Source: an uncultured bacterium
GTDB taxonomy: Bacteria; Elusimicrobiota; Elusimicrobia; Elusimicrobiales; Elusimicrobiaceae
Length of the DNA stretch: 64,000 nucleotides
NCBI GenBank assembly: GCA_949291515.1
Contig: CASEVY010000013.1
Coordinates: forward strand, 16,389-80,388
Direction: 5' to 3'
Positions 9,294 through 19,800 of the stretch are shown in pieces. Position 1 is the stretch's first letter. Each line of letters starts with the position of its first letter. The notes below the pieces were generated by a model. The model saw only the letters and a program-made list of their open reading frames with translations. It did not search any database and was not told the origin of the DNA. A program made the translations under genes and the position numbers.

Positions 9294-11132
9294 TTATTCC
9301 TCGCTTTCGCCTTCTTCTTTGCGGTTGGCGCGACGGCGCTCGTGGATATTAAGTATTTTCTTTCTTAAACGTATGGAAGTGGGCGTTATCTCCACAAGTT
9401 CGTCCGGCGCGATGTATTCTATTGCTTGCTCGAGGCTCATTATTCGGGGCGGGGTCAAAAGCAGAGCGTCGTCTGCCGCTTTAGAGCGCATATTCGAAAG
9501 CCTCTTTGTCTTATTCGGGTTGACCACCAAATCATTGTCGCGCGAGTTCTGCCCGACTATCATACCCTCATAAACCTTTACCCCTGGCCCCACGAACAGT
9601 TGTCCGCCGTCCTGCAAACTGTTAATGGCGTAGGCCGTCGTTTCACCCGCTTCCTTGGCGATAAATACGCCGTTGCTCCTTAAGGGCGGTACGTCTACCT
9701 TGGGATAATAGCCGTAAAAGCTGTGGTGCATTATACCTTTGCCGCGGGTAGAGGTTAAAAATTCGTTCTTAAAGCCTATCAAAGCGCGCGAAGGAATTAC
9801 ATATTCAAGTCTTAATCTGTTTTCGCCCTCGCTTACCATATTCTCCAGCTTGGCGCCGCGCGTACCGACAAGTTCGAACACCGCGCCCTGCATTTCGGAC
9901 GTTATATCCAAAATAAGATATTCCATAGGCTCGAGTATTTTGCCGTTTTCCTCTTTGTAAATAACTTCCGGCGAGGATACCGCCAGCTCAAAACCCTCGC
10001 GGCGCATATTCTCGATTAAAATCGTCAGATGCAGTTCACCCCTGCCCGATACTTTAAAACGGCCCTCGCCTTCCAACTGCTCCACTTTAAGACCGACATT
10101 CGTCTGAGCTTCTTTCTCTAGACGCGCTTTTAGGTGGCGGCTGGTAAGGAATTTGCCCTCGCGCCCGGCAAAAGGCGAATCGTTGACGAAAAAATCCATA
10201 GATATCGTCGGCTCGTCGATAGAAAGCGGCGGCAAAGGAATAGGATTATCCGGGTGGCATACCGTATCGCCCACGTCTACCCCCTCAAGACCGCTTATCG
10301 CCACTATATCGCCCGCTTTAGCGCTTTCAGTTTCCGTCTTGCCAAGGCCCAAAAACTTCTCTATCTTCACCGCTTTTGCCGGCACGCTGCCGCCGCGGTT
10401 CTTTAACAATACTACGCTGTCGCCTTTGCTGACGCTGCCGTTAAGTATGCGCCCTATGCCGATATGCCCCAAAAAGTTATTGTAATCAAGCATAGTAACC
10501 TGCATTTGAAGCGACTTCGCTTCGTCCGCTTCCGGCTCCGGCACATATTTGATTATGGCGTCGAAAAGCGGTTTTATGTCAGTGCCGCGCTCTTCCATTT
10601 TGTCGCTGGCCCAACCCTCTCGGCCGGAGGCGTAAAGTATAGGGAAATCCAATTGTTTGTCGTCGGCGCCAAGCTCCATAAACAGTTCAAACACTTCGTC
10701 GACTACGGCCGAAGGGCGCGCGTTTTCCCTGTCCATTTTGTTTACCACCACTATCGGGCGCAGCCCCAAAGCCAAAGCCTTTCTCAGTACGAAACGAGTC
10801 TGCGGCATAGGCCCTTCCACCGCGTCTACCATCAGTATCGCGCCGTCTACCATCTTTAGCACGCGCTCCACCTCGCTGCCAAAGTCCGCGTGGCCCGGAG
10901 TGTCTACTATGTTTACCGTATAATCTTTATACTTTACCGAAGTGCATTTGGCCAAAATCGTTATTCCGCGTTCCCGCTCGATAGGGTCGCTGTCCAATAC
11001 CGCTTCCTGCGCTTCGTCCTGTTTTACCTTAAATTGGCCCGCGTATTTAAGCAACGCGTCCACCACCGTCGTCTTGCCGTGGTCTACGTGCGCTATTATC
11101 GCTACGTTCCTGATGTCCTTTCTCGTGTTCAT
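9294..11132 (-). CDS. typA: Translational GTPase TypA/BipA
   Basis: [27 protein letters not shown]-motifs. The 612-aa length and C-terminal domain are characteristic of BipA. Confidence 0.95.
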   Translation of the reverse strand: MNTRKDIRNVAIIAHVDHGKTTVVDALLKYAGQFKVKQDEAQEAVLDSDPIERERGITILAKCTSVKYKDYTVNIVDTPGHADFGSEVERVLKMVDGAILMVDAVEGPMPQTRFVLRKALALGLRPIVVVNKMDRENARPSAVVDEVFELFMELGADDKQLDFPILYASGREGWASDKMEERGTDIKPLFDAIIKYVPEPEADEAKSLQMQVTMLDYNNFLGHIGIGRILNGSVSKGDSVVLLKNRGGSVPAKAVKIEKFLGLGKTETESAKAGDIVAISGLEGVDVGDTVCHPDNPIPLPPLSIDEPTISMDFFVNDSPFAGREGKFLTSRHLKARLEKEAQTNVGLKVEQLEGEGRFKVSGRGELHLTILIENMRREGFELAVSSPEVIYKEENGKILEPMEYLILDITSEMQGAVFELVGTRGAKLENMVSEGENRLRLEYVIPSRALIGFKNEFLTSTRGKGIMHHSFYGYYPKVDVPPLRSNGVFIAKEAGETTAYAINSLQDGGQLFVGPGVKVYEGMIVGQNSRDNDLVVNPNKTKRLSNMRSKAADDALLLTPPRIMSLEQAIEYIAPDELVEITPTSIRLRKKILNIHERRRANRKEEGESEE

Positions 11133-11164
11133 ATTTTCCTTCCGTATTTATCTTAAAAATCTCC

Positions 11165-11198
11165 AAAAAACACTGCCCGCAGGCTTAGCCGCGGGCAG
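11165..11198 (-). terminator. Terminator of the gal operon
   Basis: Minus strand reads CTGCCCGC-(10 nt)-GCGGGCAG followed by TGTTTTTTGG. Confidence 0.7.
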
Positions 11199-11223
11199 CA
11201 TCTCTTCTACGCCTTTAATTATA

Positions 11224-12735
11224 TTATATCTTATATATAAACCGCAGAAAAGCCTCTTTCCCCTCGGCGTCGTGCTTGAATACCCCGCAAGAACCCAAAA
11301 CCTTGACAAAAGTGCGCCCGATTTCCTCAAGCAGTATATCTGGCACGTCCTCGGCTTTAAATCCTTTATAATCGCCGATAAAGCTCATTACCCAATTATA
11401 GTGCTGCGCCAATGATGACAAATCTTTCATCTTTTCCATCTTGCCCGCCGCTATCAAAGCCCCGATTTGAGCCATCTCGTTCTTAAGCCTGCCCGGCAAT
11501 ATCGCCATACCAAGAGCCTCTATAAGACCTATATTCTCCCGCTTGATATTGTGGTATTCCGGACGAGAATGGAATATCCCCCAAGGATATTCCTTGCTAG
11601 TCCTGTTGTTGCGGAGAACCAAATCCATCTCGTATGCGCCGTCCTTATAGCGCGCTATCGGCGTTATAGTGTTATGCGGTGTTTTGCCCGTAGCGTGGAT
11701 TATACCGACTTTTTTATCGTCGTATTTGCGCCACACTTCCAATACCCGCGCCGAAGCCTTCGCCACCTGCGTTTTGGGGCCTCTTACCCGCAAAACCGAA
11801 AGCGGCCAGCACACTATATCGAAAGTAACTTTAGGGAACTTCTTTACTTTGAACCGCTTTACGGACTGCGCACGCTCCATCGGGAATACATACCGCCCCG
11901 CCTGATAATGGTCGTGCGTCAGTATCGAGCCGCCGACTATCGGCAAATCCGCGTTGGAACCTATAAAATAGTGCGGGAACTGCTCCACGAAATCCAATAA
12001 ATTCTTGAAAGTATCGGCGCTGATGTGCATGGGCCGATGATCTTCCGCAAAAACAATGCTGTGCTCGTTGTAATATACGTACGGCGAATACTGGAAATAC
12101 CACCTCTTCCCGTTGAGTTTCAAAGGTATTATGCGCAAATTCTGCCGCGCGGGGTGGTTCAAACGCCCAGCATACCCCTCGTTTTCCCTGCACAACATAC
12201 ATTTGGGATAAGCGTTGGGGCTGACTTTTATCTTACCCTGCAAAGCTATTTCCTTAGGGTCCTTTTCAGGCTTTGACAGATTTATCGTCATATCTATCTT
12301 GCCGTATTCGGTATCCGCTTTCCAGGTAATATTCTTGGCGACTCTGTCCGTCTTGATATAATAAATCTTGCGGCAATATTTATAAAATTCAGAAGTCGCT
12401 TTCTTTATCCCCTTATCACGCCAAGTATCGTAGAATATTTTTGATACTTCGCTGGGGCGCTTGGTAAATACCGCCATTATGGAAGTTTCAAATATCTCGC
12501 GGTAGGTGGAAGTAGCTGCCTCCAAAAGACCGTTCTCCGAAGCGTAAAAAGATATGTCGGAAAGTATTTCCCCCGGATTATCCGGCAATGGGCCTTTATA
12601 CGGCGCGGCATTATTGTTATCGGGCAAATTGAGCAGCGCCAATATGCTGTTGCGCGCCCAAATTTCGTCTTCCTTTTCGATAAGTTTATTCTTTAACCCG
12701 TAAGCTATAAGTTCTTCTACGTTGGAGTATATCAT
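11224..12735 (-). CDS. galT: UDP-glucose--hexose-1-phosphate uridylyltransferase (long, type-2 GalT)
   Basis: About 500-aa GalT with LTHDHYQAG. I prefer the start at 12735 (GAGGA RBS, no overlap with the galE stop) over the ORF-track start at 12780. Confidence 0.85.
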   Translation of the reverse strand: MIYSNVEELIAYGLKNKLIEKEDEIWARNSILALLNLPDNNNAAPYKGPLPDNPGEILSDISFYASENGLLEAATSTYREIFETSIMAVFTKRPSEVSKIFYDTWRDKGIKKATSEFYKYCRKIYYIKTDRVAKNITWKADTEYGKIDMTINLSKPEKDPKEIALQGKIKVSPNAYPKCMLCRENEGYAGRLNHPARQNLRIIPLKLNGKRWYFQYSPYVYYNEHSIVFAEDHRPMHISADTFKNLLDFVEQFPHYFIGSNADLPIVGGSILTHDHYQAGRYVFPMERAQSVKRFKVKKFPKVTFDIVCWPLSVLRVRGPKTQVAKASARVLEVWRKYDDKKVGIIHATGKTPHNTITPIARYKDGAYEMDLVLRNNRTSKEYPWGIFHSRPEYHNIKRENIGLIEALGMAILPGRLKNEMAQIGALIAAGKMEKMKDLSSLAQHYNWVMSFIGDYKGFKAEDVPDILLEEIGRTFVKVLGSCGVFKHDAEGKEAFLRFIYKI

Positions 12736-12749
12736 CTTAAATCCTCGGT

Positions 12750-13724
12750 TCAGTATCGCCGCTTTTGCTCCCAGCGCCAAGCGGTCTTTATGATTTTATC
12801 TAAATTATACAAAGTTTCCCAACCTAAAACCCGTTTGGCTTTGGCACTGTCGGCAACAAGCACTGCCGGGTCGCCCGCGCGCCGAGCCGCCGTTTCCACC
12901 TTGAAATCCCGCCCCGTTACGCGTTTTGCGCTTTCTATTACCTCTTTTACGGTGAAACCTTCCCCGCTGCCTAAATTAAAATCGTCGCTTTCTCCGCTAC
13001 GCGCCATCTTCTCCAGCGCCAAAATGTGCGCGCTCGATAAATCGTTGACGTGTACAAAATCCCTTACGCAGCTGCCGTCTTTGGTCGGATAATCCGTACC
13101 GAATATCTTTATGCTTTCCCTTTTGCCCGCCGCAGCTTGCAATATTATCGGCAGAAGATGCGTTTCTGGCGTATGCGATTCGCCTATCTTCCCGCCGTCG
13201 TCCGCGCCCGCCGCGTTAAAATACCTTAGAACGCTGCTCTTAAGGCCGTAGGCCTTGTCGTAATCCTTTAAAACCTTTTCAACCATAAGTTTGCTTTGCC
13301 CGTAAGGATTTATCGGGTTTTGCGGGTGCGCCTCAGATATCTTCGGTTCGACGGGTTCCCCAAATGTAGCCGCGGTTGATGAAAATACAAAATATTTTAT
13401 ACCGTTTTCCACCATCGCGTCCAAAAGCGATATCACCTTAACTATATTGTTGTTATAGTATCTCGCCGGCTCTTTCACGCTTTCGCCGACCTCTATAAAT
13501 GCGGCAAAGTGCATTACAGCTTCTATATCGTGTTTTTTAAATACGCGGGCGAGTTTCTTCTTGTCGCCCAAGTCGCCTTTCTCAAATTTAATACCCCGCA
13601 CCGCCGCCCTGTGACCCTTGGACAAATTATCGTACACTACGGGGTTATAGCCCCTTTCCTTCAGCATTTTTACGCAGTGGCTGCCGATATAGCCCGCCCC
13701 GCCGACCACTAAAATATTCTTCAT
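12750..13724 (-). CDS. galE: UDP-glucose 4-epimerase
   Basis: GGAGYIGSH Rossmann motif, YGQSK catalytic motif, and position between galK and galT. Confidence 0.9.
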   Translation of the reverse strand: MKNILVVGGAGYIGSHCVKMLKERGYNPVVYDNLSKGHRAAVRGIKFEKGDLGDKKKLARVFKKHDIEAVMHFAAFIEVGESVKEPARYYNNNIVKVISLLDAMVENGIKYFVFSSTAATFGEPVEPKISEAHPQNPINPYGQSKLMVEKVLKDYDKAYGLKSSVLRYFNAAGADDGGKIGESHTPETHLLPIILQAAAGKRESIKIFGTDYPTKDGSCVRDFVHVNDLSSAHILALEKMARSGESDDFNLGSGEGFTVKEVIESAKRVTGRDFKVETAARRAGDPAVLVADSAKAKRVLGWETLYNLDKIIKTAWRWEQKRRY

Positions 13725-13754
13725 TTCTTTTCCTCGCCTTTCAGCCGTTAATTT

Positions 13755-14912
13755 TTATATCTTCTTCGCGCCCGATCCTATTTGAGCTACGTAAAAAGAG
13801 GGTTTTATCCCCATTGCCGCTTCATATTCAGCGCCCGCTTTGTTTTGAACTTCTTCCAAAAACTCGTTCTTGACCAAAGCTATACAGCACCCGCCGAAGC
13901 CGCCGCCCATCATTCTCGCCCCGATTACGCCTTCGCATTTCTGCAGGGCTTCAGCCATTGTATCCAAAGCCTTGCCCGTAACCTCGTAATTGCTCTTTAA
14001 AGACTCGTGGGAAGCGTCCATCAGCTTGCCAAAAGCCGCTATATCGCCTTTCTTAAGAAGGGCGACCGCCTCAAGCGTGCGGGCGTTCTCCTCAACGGCG
14101 TGGCGCGCACGGCGGTAGAGGACATCGTCCGATATAAGTTCCTTCCCCTTTTCCAAATCGGAAGGCTTCAACTCGCATAAATAATTGACTTTATACTTGC
14201 TTTGAAGAAGTTTTAAAGCCTCCTCGCATTGGCTGCGTCTGGTATTGTACTCGCTGCCCGTAAGTTTATGATTGTTGTTGGTGTTGGCTATCAATATCGA
14301 TACCCCGTGCAATACTATCGGACAATAGGAATATTCCAAAGTGTTGCAGTCGAGCAATATCGCATTGTCTTTCTTCCCCATCGCCGAAGCGAATTGGTCC
14401 ATTATCCCGCAGTTCATTCCGACAAATCCGTTCTCCGCGCGCTGAGATATTTTGGCAAGCTCTATAAGATTGTATCCCAAATTGTAAAAGTCGTTTATCA
14501 TCGCGGCGGTAACCACCTCTATCGAAGCAGAAGACGATAACCCCGCGCCGTTGGGAACGTCGCCGTAATACAATGCGTCGAATCCGCCGTTAAGGATATG
14601 CCCGTCCTCTTTAAACATCGCCGCGACTCCTTTGGGATAATCGGCCCAATTGCCGCCTTTTTTTATATCGTTTATTTCGCCGGATATTATACCTTCGTCT
14701 TCAAAGTTTAAGGAGTAAAAATTTATCTTCCCGTCTTGACGCTTTGACGCGGCCAAATATGTGCCGAAAGTCAAAGCGCACGGAAATACGTGCCCGCCGT
14801 TATAGTCCGTATGTTCCCCTATCAAATTTGCTCTGCCCGGCGCAAAGAAAACCGCCGCGCTCTCACGACCGAATACCTTTTTGAACTTCGCCCTCAATTC
14901 GTTTATTTCCAT
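13755..14912 (-). CDS. galK: Galactokinase
   Basis: Galactokinase signature GRANLIGEHTDYNGG and GHMP motif GAGLSSSAS. Confidence 0.9.
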   Translation of the reverse strand: MEINELRAKFKKVFGRESAAVFFAPGRANLIGEHTDYNGGHVFPCALTFGTYLAASKRQDGKINFYSLNFEDEGIISGEINDIKKGGNWADYPKGVAAMFKEDGHILNGGFDALYYGDVPNGAGLSSSASIEVVTAAMINDFYNLGYNLIELAKISQRAENGFVGMNCGIMDQFASAMGKKDNAILLDCNTLEYSYCPIVLHGVSILIANTNNNHKLTGSEYNTRRSQCEEALKLLQSKYKVNYLCELKPSDLEKGKELISDDVLYRRARHAVEENARTLEAVALLKKGDIAAFGKLMDASHESLKSNYEVTGKALDTMAEALQKCEGVIGARMMGGGFGGCCIALVKNEFLEEVQNKAGAEYEAAMGIKPSFYVAQIGSGAKKI

Positions 14913-14972
14913 ATTCCTACCCCTTTAAAAAAAGGGGCCCCGCTCCGCGCAAGGCCCCATATTGGCAATTTA

Positions 14973-16685
14973 TTAAGCCGCTATTCCAAGTTTCGAGAAC
15001 AATATATACAAACCCACCACGCAGCACACTATCGCTATGCTGACGGGTACGGCCCTCTTCCACGGCGTCGTATCCACTACGTGTCTGTCGAGGCTGTCTT
15101 CATACTCGTGTTTGGAGGGATAGTAATGACCCATCACCACCATAAACAAAGAACATATCACAAACAGTATCGCCAAAATGTGCAGATAGTGTATGCTTGA
15201 AAATTCAAACAAAGGCTTCACAAACCACATCGGCATAGAGTTGTATATCGCACCCGCCACGCCTTTGAGCATCGTCGGATCGGCCATACCGCCCGCCATA
15301 AATGCTTTAAACCCGCCCGACATCGCCGTAAGCTGCGTCGTGCCGTACACCAATATGAATATCGCCAATGTTATCTTGGCCGATATCGCGGGCGCCTTCT
15401 TGTTGAGCATACCTATCAGCATCAAAGTCAATATCGGTACGTTGTAAAAACCGTTTACCGTCTGCAGATAATCAAACAGTCCGTTGGGCGCATTGGCTAT
15501 CATCGGCGCTACTATCATTGAAAATATCGCCAGTATCGCCGCCGCTATCTTACCCTTGCGGACAAGTTCCTTCTCGCTCGCTTTAGGATTGATATACTCC
15601 TTATAAATATTAAGCGTAAATAATGTAGAAGTTGAGTTTAAACCCGCATTGAAAGAACTTAATATCGCACCGAACAGTACCGCGGCGAAAAATCCAACCA
15701 GGAACCACGGCAATACCGCCTTAACCAACATCGGATAAGCAAAGTCGCTCATCTCCAAGCCAGGCCCGAATATCTTAAACGCTATTATGCCGGGCAATAT
15801 CAAGAATAAAGGCCCAAACAACTTAAGTATCGCCGCGTATAATATACCCTTTTGCCCTTCTTTTAAATCCTTTGCCGCCAAAGCGCGCTGTATTATGGTT
15901 TGGTTCGTTCCCCAATAAAACAAATTTACCAAAAACATTCCGGTAAACATCGTCGCAAACGGTACGGGATCGCTGCTGCTGCCTATGGAGTTAAACTTCT
16001 CCGGCACTGACGTTACCAGTACGCTAAAGCCTTCCACCGGATTGCCGCCTCCGATATACATCAGCCCGAAAAGCGGTATCATAAGCCCGCCTATCAAAAG
16101 ACCTATACCGTTTATCGTATCGGCTATCGCCATAATCTTCAAACCGCCGCTCAAAGTGTATATTATGCCCAATATGCCGATAGACCATACCACGATATAT
16201 ATTCCCTGCATCTTCGTTATCCCGAAAGTGCCTTCCAAATCAAATATCCCGCTTAATCCTATCGCACCCGAATATAATACTATCGGTACAAATATCAGTA
16301 CATATCCGAAAAGAAAAAACCAGTTTACCACCTGCTTGGTAACATTATCGTATCTTTCCCCGATAAAATCCGGTATAGTGGCGTACCCCTTTTTCAAATA
16401 CCTGGGCAAGAAGAAAAACGCCACCACTATCAAAGCCAGCGACGCTCCGACTTCCCACCCCATTACCGACATATTGTCCGTATAGCCCTGCCCGTTCAAA
16501 CCGACCATCTGTTCCGTAGACAAATTGGTCAACATCAACGACGCCGCTATTACCCAACCCGTCAAGCCTCTGCCCGCCAAAAAATAGCCCGTTTCGGTAT
16601 GGGTGTTCACATTTCTGGTTTTATAATAAGAAATGCCGTAGACCAACAATGTAAATGCCAAAAAAGATAAGACCGTAAGTAACAT
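14973..16685 (-). CDS. Sodium:solute symporter (SSS family), probable Na+/galactose transporter
   Basis: About 13 TM segments and SSS-type sequence. It is the first gene of the Leloir operon. Start ATG 16685 sits 5 nt after GGAGG; the ORF-track TTG at 16688 is too close to the RBS. Confidence 0.85.
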   Translation of the reverse strand: MLLTVLSFLAFTLLVYGISYYKTRNVNTHTETGYFLAGRGLTGWVIAASLMLTNLSTEQMVGLNGQGYTDNMSVMGWEVGASLALIVVAFFFLPRYLKKGYATIPDFIGERYDNVTKQVVNWFFLFGYVLIFVPIVLYSGAIGLSGIFDLEGTFGITKMQGIYIVVWSIGILGIIYTLSGGLKIMAIADTINGIGLLIGGLMIPLFGLMYIGGGNPVEGFSVLVTSVPEKFNSIGSSSDPVPFATMFTGMFLVNLFYWGTNQTIIQRALAAKDLKEGQKGILYAAILKLFGPLFLILPGIIAFKIFGPGLEMSDFAYPMLVKAVLPWFLVGFFAAVLFGAILSSFNAGLNSTSTLFTLNIYKEYINPKASEKELVRKGKIAAAILAIFSMIVAPMIANAPNGLFDYLQTVNGFYNVPILTLMLIGMLNKKAPAISAKITLAIFILVYGTTQLTAMSGGFKAFMAGGMADPTMLKGVAGAIYNSMPMWFVKPLFEFSSIHYLHILAILFVICSLFMVVMGHYYPSKHEYEDSLDRHVVDTTPWKRAVPVSIAIVCCVVGLYILFSKLGIAA

Positions 16686-16727
16686 CAAGACCTCCGTTTA
16701 AAGATGAAATGACTACACCTACATCTC

Positions 16728-16757
16728 AAATGTAACATTTATGTCTTACCTTGTAAA
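16728..16757 (-). promoter_or_regulatory. Putative gal-operon promoter with an overlapping 13-bp palindromic operator
   Basis: Minus strand reads TTTACA (16757-16752)-N17-TACATT (16734-16729). The perfect palindrome AAATGT-A-ACATTT (16728-16740) overlaps the spacer and the -10. Confidence 0.45.
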
Positions 16758-16783
16758 GAATCTTTTACGATACAGAATAATAC

Positions 16784-16815
16784 AAAAAACGGCGGGCTCT
16801 TTTTCTCGCCCGCCG
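16784..16815 (-). terminator. Terminator of the giant-protein gene
   Basis: Minus strand reads CGGCGGGC-(10 nt)-GCCCGCCG followed by TTTTTTG. Confidence 0.75.
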
Positions 16816-16841
16816 CTTATCAAATGAAAATTCATTCGGCC

Positions 16842-19800
16842 TTAGTTTGGAAGAGGATTGTTTAAATCCGTCGTAGGAGGTTCGTCACCTTTGTCTTTGC
16901 CGCCTTTTATCTTATCCTTGTACAAGCCCACCACATAGTCCGAAGCCTCTTTGAATTCCTGTTTGATAAATTTATATAAAGTGGAATTATCCAACATTTT
17001 ATTCGTCGCTATCATACTTGCCACCAGCATCGCCAGCGACGCCATTACCCTGGCGTAAGGAACGTTTAGCCAATCGTTCAAATACGTTATAGGCATTGAA
17101 AGCCCTACCGCTATAGGCATAGTAAAGCTCATTCCTTGCGATATTTGGCTTTGAAGTTCGGGGTGTTTCCTTATAATATACGCAAACATCTGCGAGAAGT
17201 AATTCCCCATACCTATACTGGCTATCACGCCGCCCGATACTATCAGGGACGGCAAATCGGCCATTATACCCGCCAATATGCCCGCCGTACCCAAACCGGA
17301 AAGCGAAGAATACGCCAAATAAGACGTACCCGAAGACATTCTGGTAGTAGTTATATTGCCAAGCAATCTGCCTATCATCAAAGAGCCGTATAACACGCCT
17401 ATTACCATTACGGTAGCCATATCGCCGTCGGGTATTATCTGATATAACGTAGAAGAAAACGCGCTGGATATCGAAAGCTCGTGCGCCGTCGCCAAAGACA
17501 TTCCCACCACTACACTCATAACGCTTTCTTTGTGCAGCATAATGTCGAAGACCTCTTTTATATCCTGCCAGTAGCTCTTTTTTTCCGTCTGTTTAGCGCT
17601 TTCGGCCGCTATCGCCGCGGCTTCGGTTTCGTCGCCCGCAGGCGCCATTTGATATACGTCATTCTTAATATGGTCTATTATTACATTATCCCTTAAATTA
17701 GTACGATGAACCCTATAACCCGCGTAGGCGCTGTATGCCGCATATAGCGGCAAAGATACGTCCCAGCCGAAATTAAAGTCCATACCAAAAGCACGCCCCG
17801 CATAGTTTAAAGCCGAAGGCGCCACCAAAAACGCAATCGTGCCTAAATTCTTGTTTATAAAGCTGCGGTTGTAAAATAATATGTCCTCCATCGAAAAATC
17901 GCTGCTGCTGGAAAACAAATTCTTGAACTTATCTATTAAAATATCTGTTGTAATCTTAAGCGCTTCGGAAAAGTTCTGCTCTTCCTTTTTCTTCTCTCTT
18001 GATATCGGCATCGCGCCCCTGTTCATATTTATCAGCGAGTTGCCCAAAACATTCCTTATGTTTATCGAAAAACCCAAAGCGAACAACGCCAAACCAAGCG
18101 AAATATTCCTAAGCAATGTCGGCTCCATTTCGTAAGAGTATCCGTAAAAACCGAATATTGCCGGCACCACCGCCGCCAGCATTGATATTACTATCGACAC
18201 TTTAAACATCGCCACTTCGCCGTATTTCTTTACCAAAGGATTTAACATCGGCGACAATAAACCCGGCAAATAGTTTACCACGTACATCAAGTTAGTCGCA
18301 AAAGCCTCGCTGACACCCAAAGATTCCGGCAATACCGGCCCCAATGTTTTGCCTAAACTGGGGTTAATGTAAAAACCTTCTTTGGTTATTACGTCCGCCT
18401 TATTGTAGTTTTGCATTACCTCTATGGGCAATACCTCTTTGGACTGCGCCAAAACTTTAAGTAAAATGCCGCGCTGATTTTTCGGTATTCTAACCACTAC
18501 GGAGGAACCCAAAGTCGTCGGCATTGCCGATTTATCCGACAGCACTCCCATGTTGCCAGAAGGCATTAATACCAGCTTGCCGCCTTGTTTTAGGAAATTG
18601 GCGTCGGTTATCACTTTTATCGGAAGTTCTTCACTCCCGTCGGCGCTATATAGCGGAACCGTAGCCGTTTTGGAAGGCTCTATCCCGTACTGCCAAAATT
18701 TTATAGTTATATTTTCTTTGGCGTCTTTAAGGGCTTGAGCGAATTTTAAAAGGCTCTTATTATCCGTCTTAAGCCGCAAGTAGAAGTTGGACATCGTCCT
18801 GGGCTTTTTGCCAAATTCCCTAAGCTCAGCGGTATTGTTGTTAAAGACTATATTCGTATAGCCGTTGGTTTCGAAATCCTCGTTGAAAGAAAGCGCCACC
18901 GGCAAAACCATATCGCGCCCCGCACCGTTCATAACGCTTACAGTATAACTCTTGCCTTCAAGGGTGGCGTCAAATCTGCGAAAACCCGCCGCCGCCATAG
19001 CTTCCGAAGAGGACGCTATATTCTCCCCGTTGACAAACATCGCCTTCCTGTTTATGGATATATAGTCATTCAAACCGCCGTCCAATTTAGGAGAAAACGA
19101 CGCGTTCCCCTCCTCTATATTGCGGTAGAACATTGATACCAAAGAATATTCACCGGCGTGCCTCAAGGCATTAAACACTATCACCAATTCCTGCCCGTCC
19201 GCCCCTTTTATGCGATAGGTAAGTTTTTCCGGGAAGCCGGCCTCTTCTACTACCGGGGCATACTCTCTCAATATAGAAGATAGGCTGAGCACATCTGCTT
19301 TAGTTATATACTTCTCGCCGTTATATTTGCGCCCGTCTTTTATTCTGTTTTCGGAGTGTTTGTATATTATCTTTACAAGACCGAAGTTGGAAAATGTCCC
19401 TCTAAGACGTTTAAGCTCCGGCCCCTGAACCACCAATTCGCCCTTCCTGTTCGTGGCCGCATGGCCGTGCAGGATCTTAAAAGTGATGCCGTCGACTTTT
19501 ATTTCCGCCATTACCTTGGAGCCTTTGCCCTTGGGATTGGCTTTAACTTCGTCCCAGGCATTTGAAAGGGCTTTCCCCTCAATTATTTTCTGCTGAGACG
19601 CCGAGCGTCTTTCCCGCTCTTGCGCATAATACGAACCCGTCCTGTATGTCGAGAACGACGAAGCCAAATGCGGTATGGCCGGTATTTCGTAGACATATTT
19701 GTCCGCGGAGAAACGCCCGGCTATATCTTTATATTCCTTGGGCCAAGCAAAACGCCAGCCGCCAAGTTCCGCCGCTTTGCGGCTCAATTCCAACGAGAAG

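Noticed and set aside
14913-14972. GC-rich GGGGCCCC / AAGGCCCCAT sequence between the symporter gene and galK that resembles the proximal box
   Set aside because: It has no distal box and no TTG-N17-TAnAAT arrangement at the right spacing. On the minus strand it reads as a GGGGCCCC palindrome followed by T7, so it is more simply an internal hairpin or partial terminator within the gal operon.
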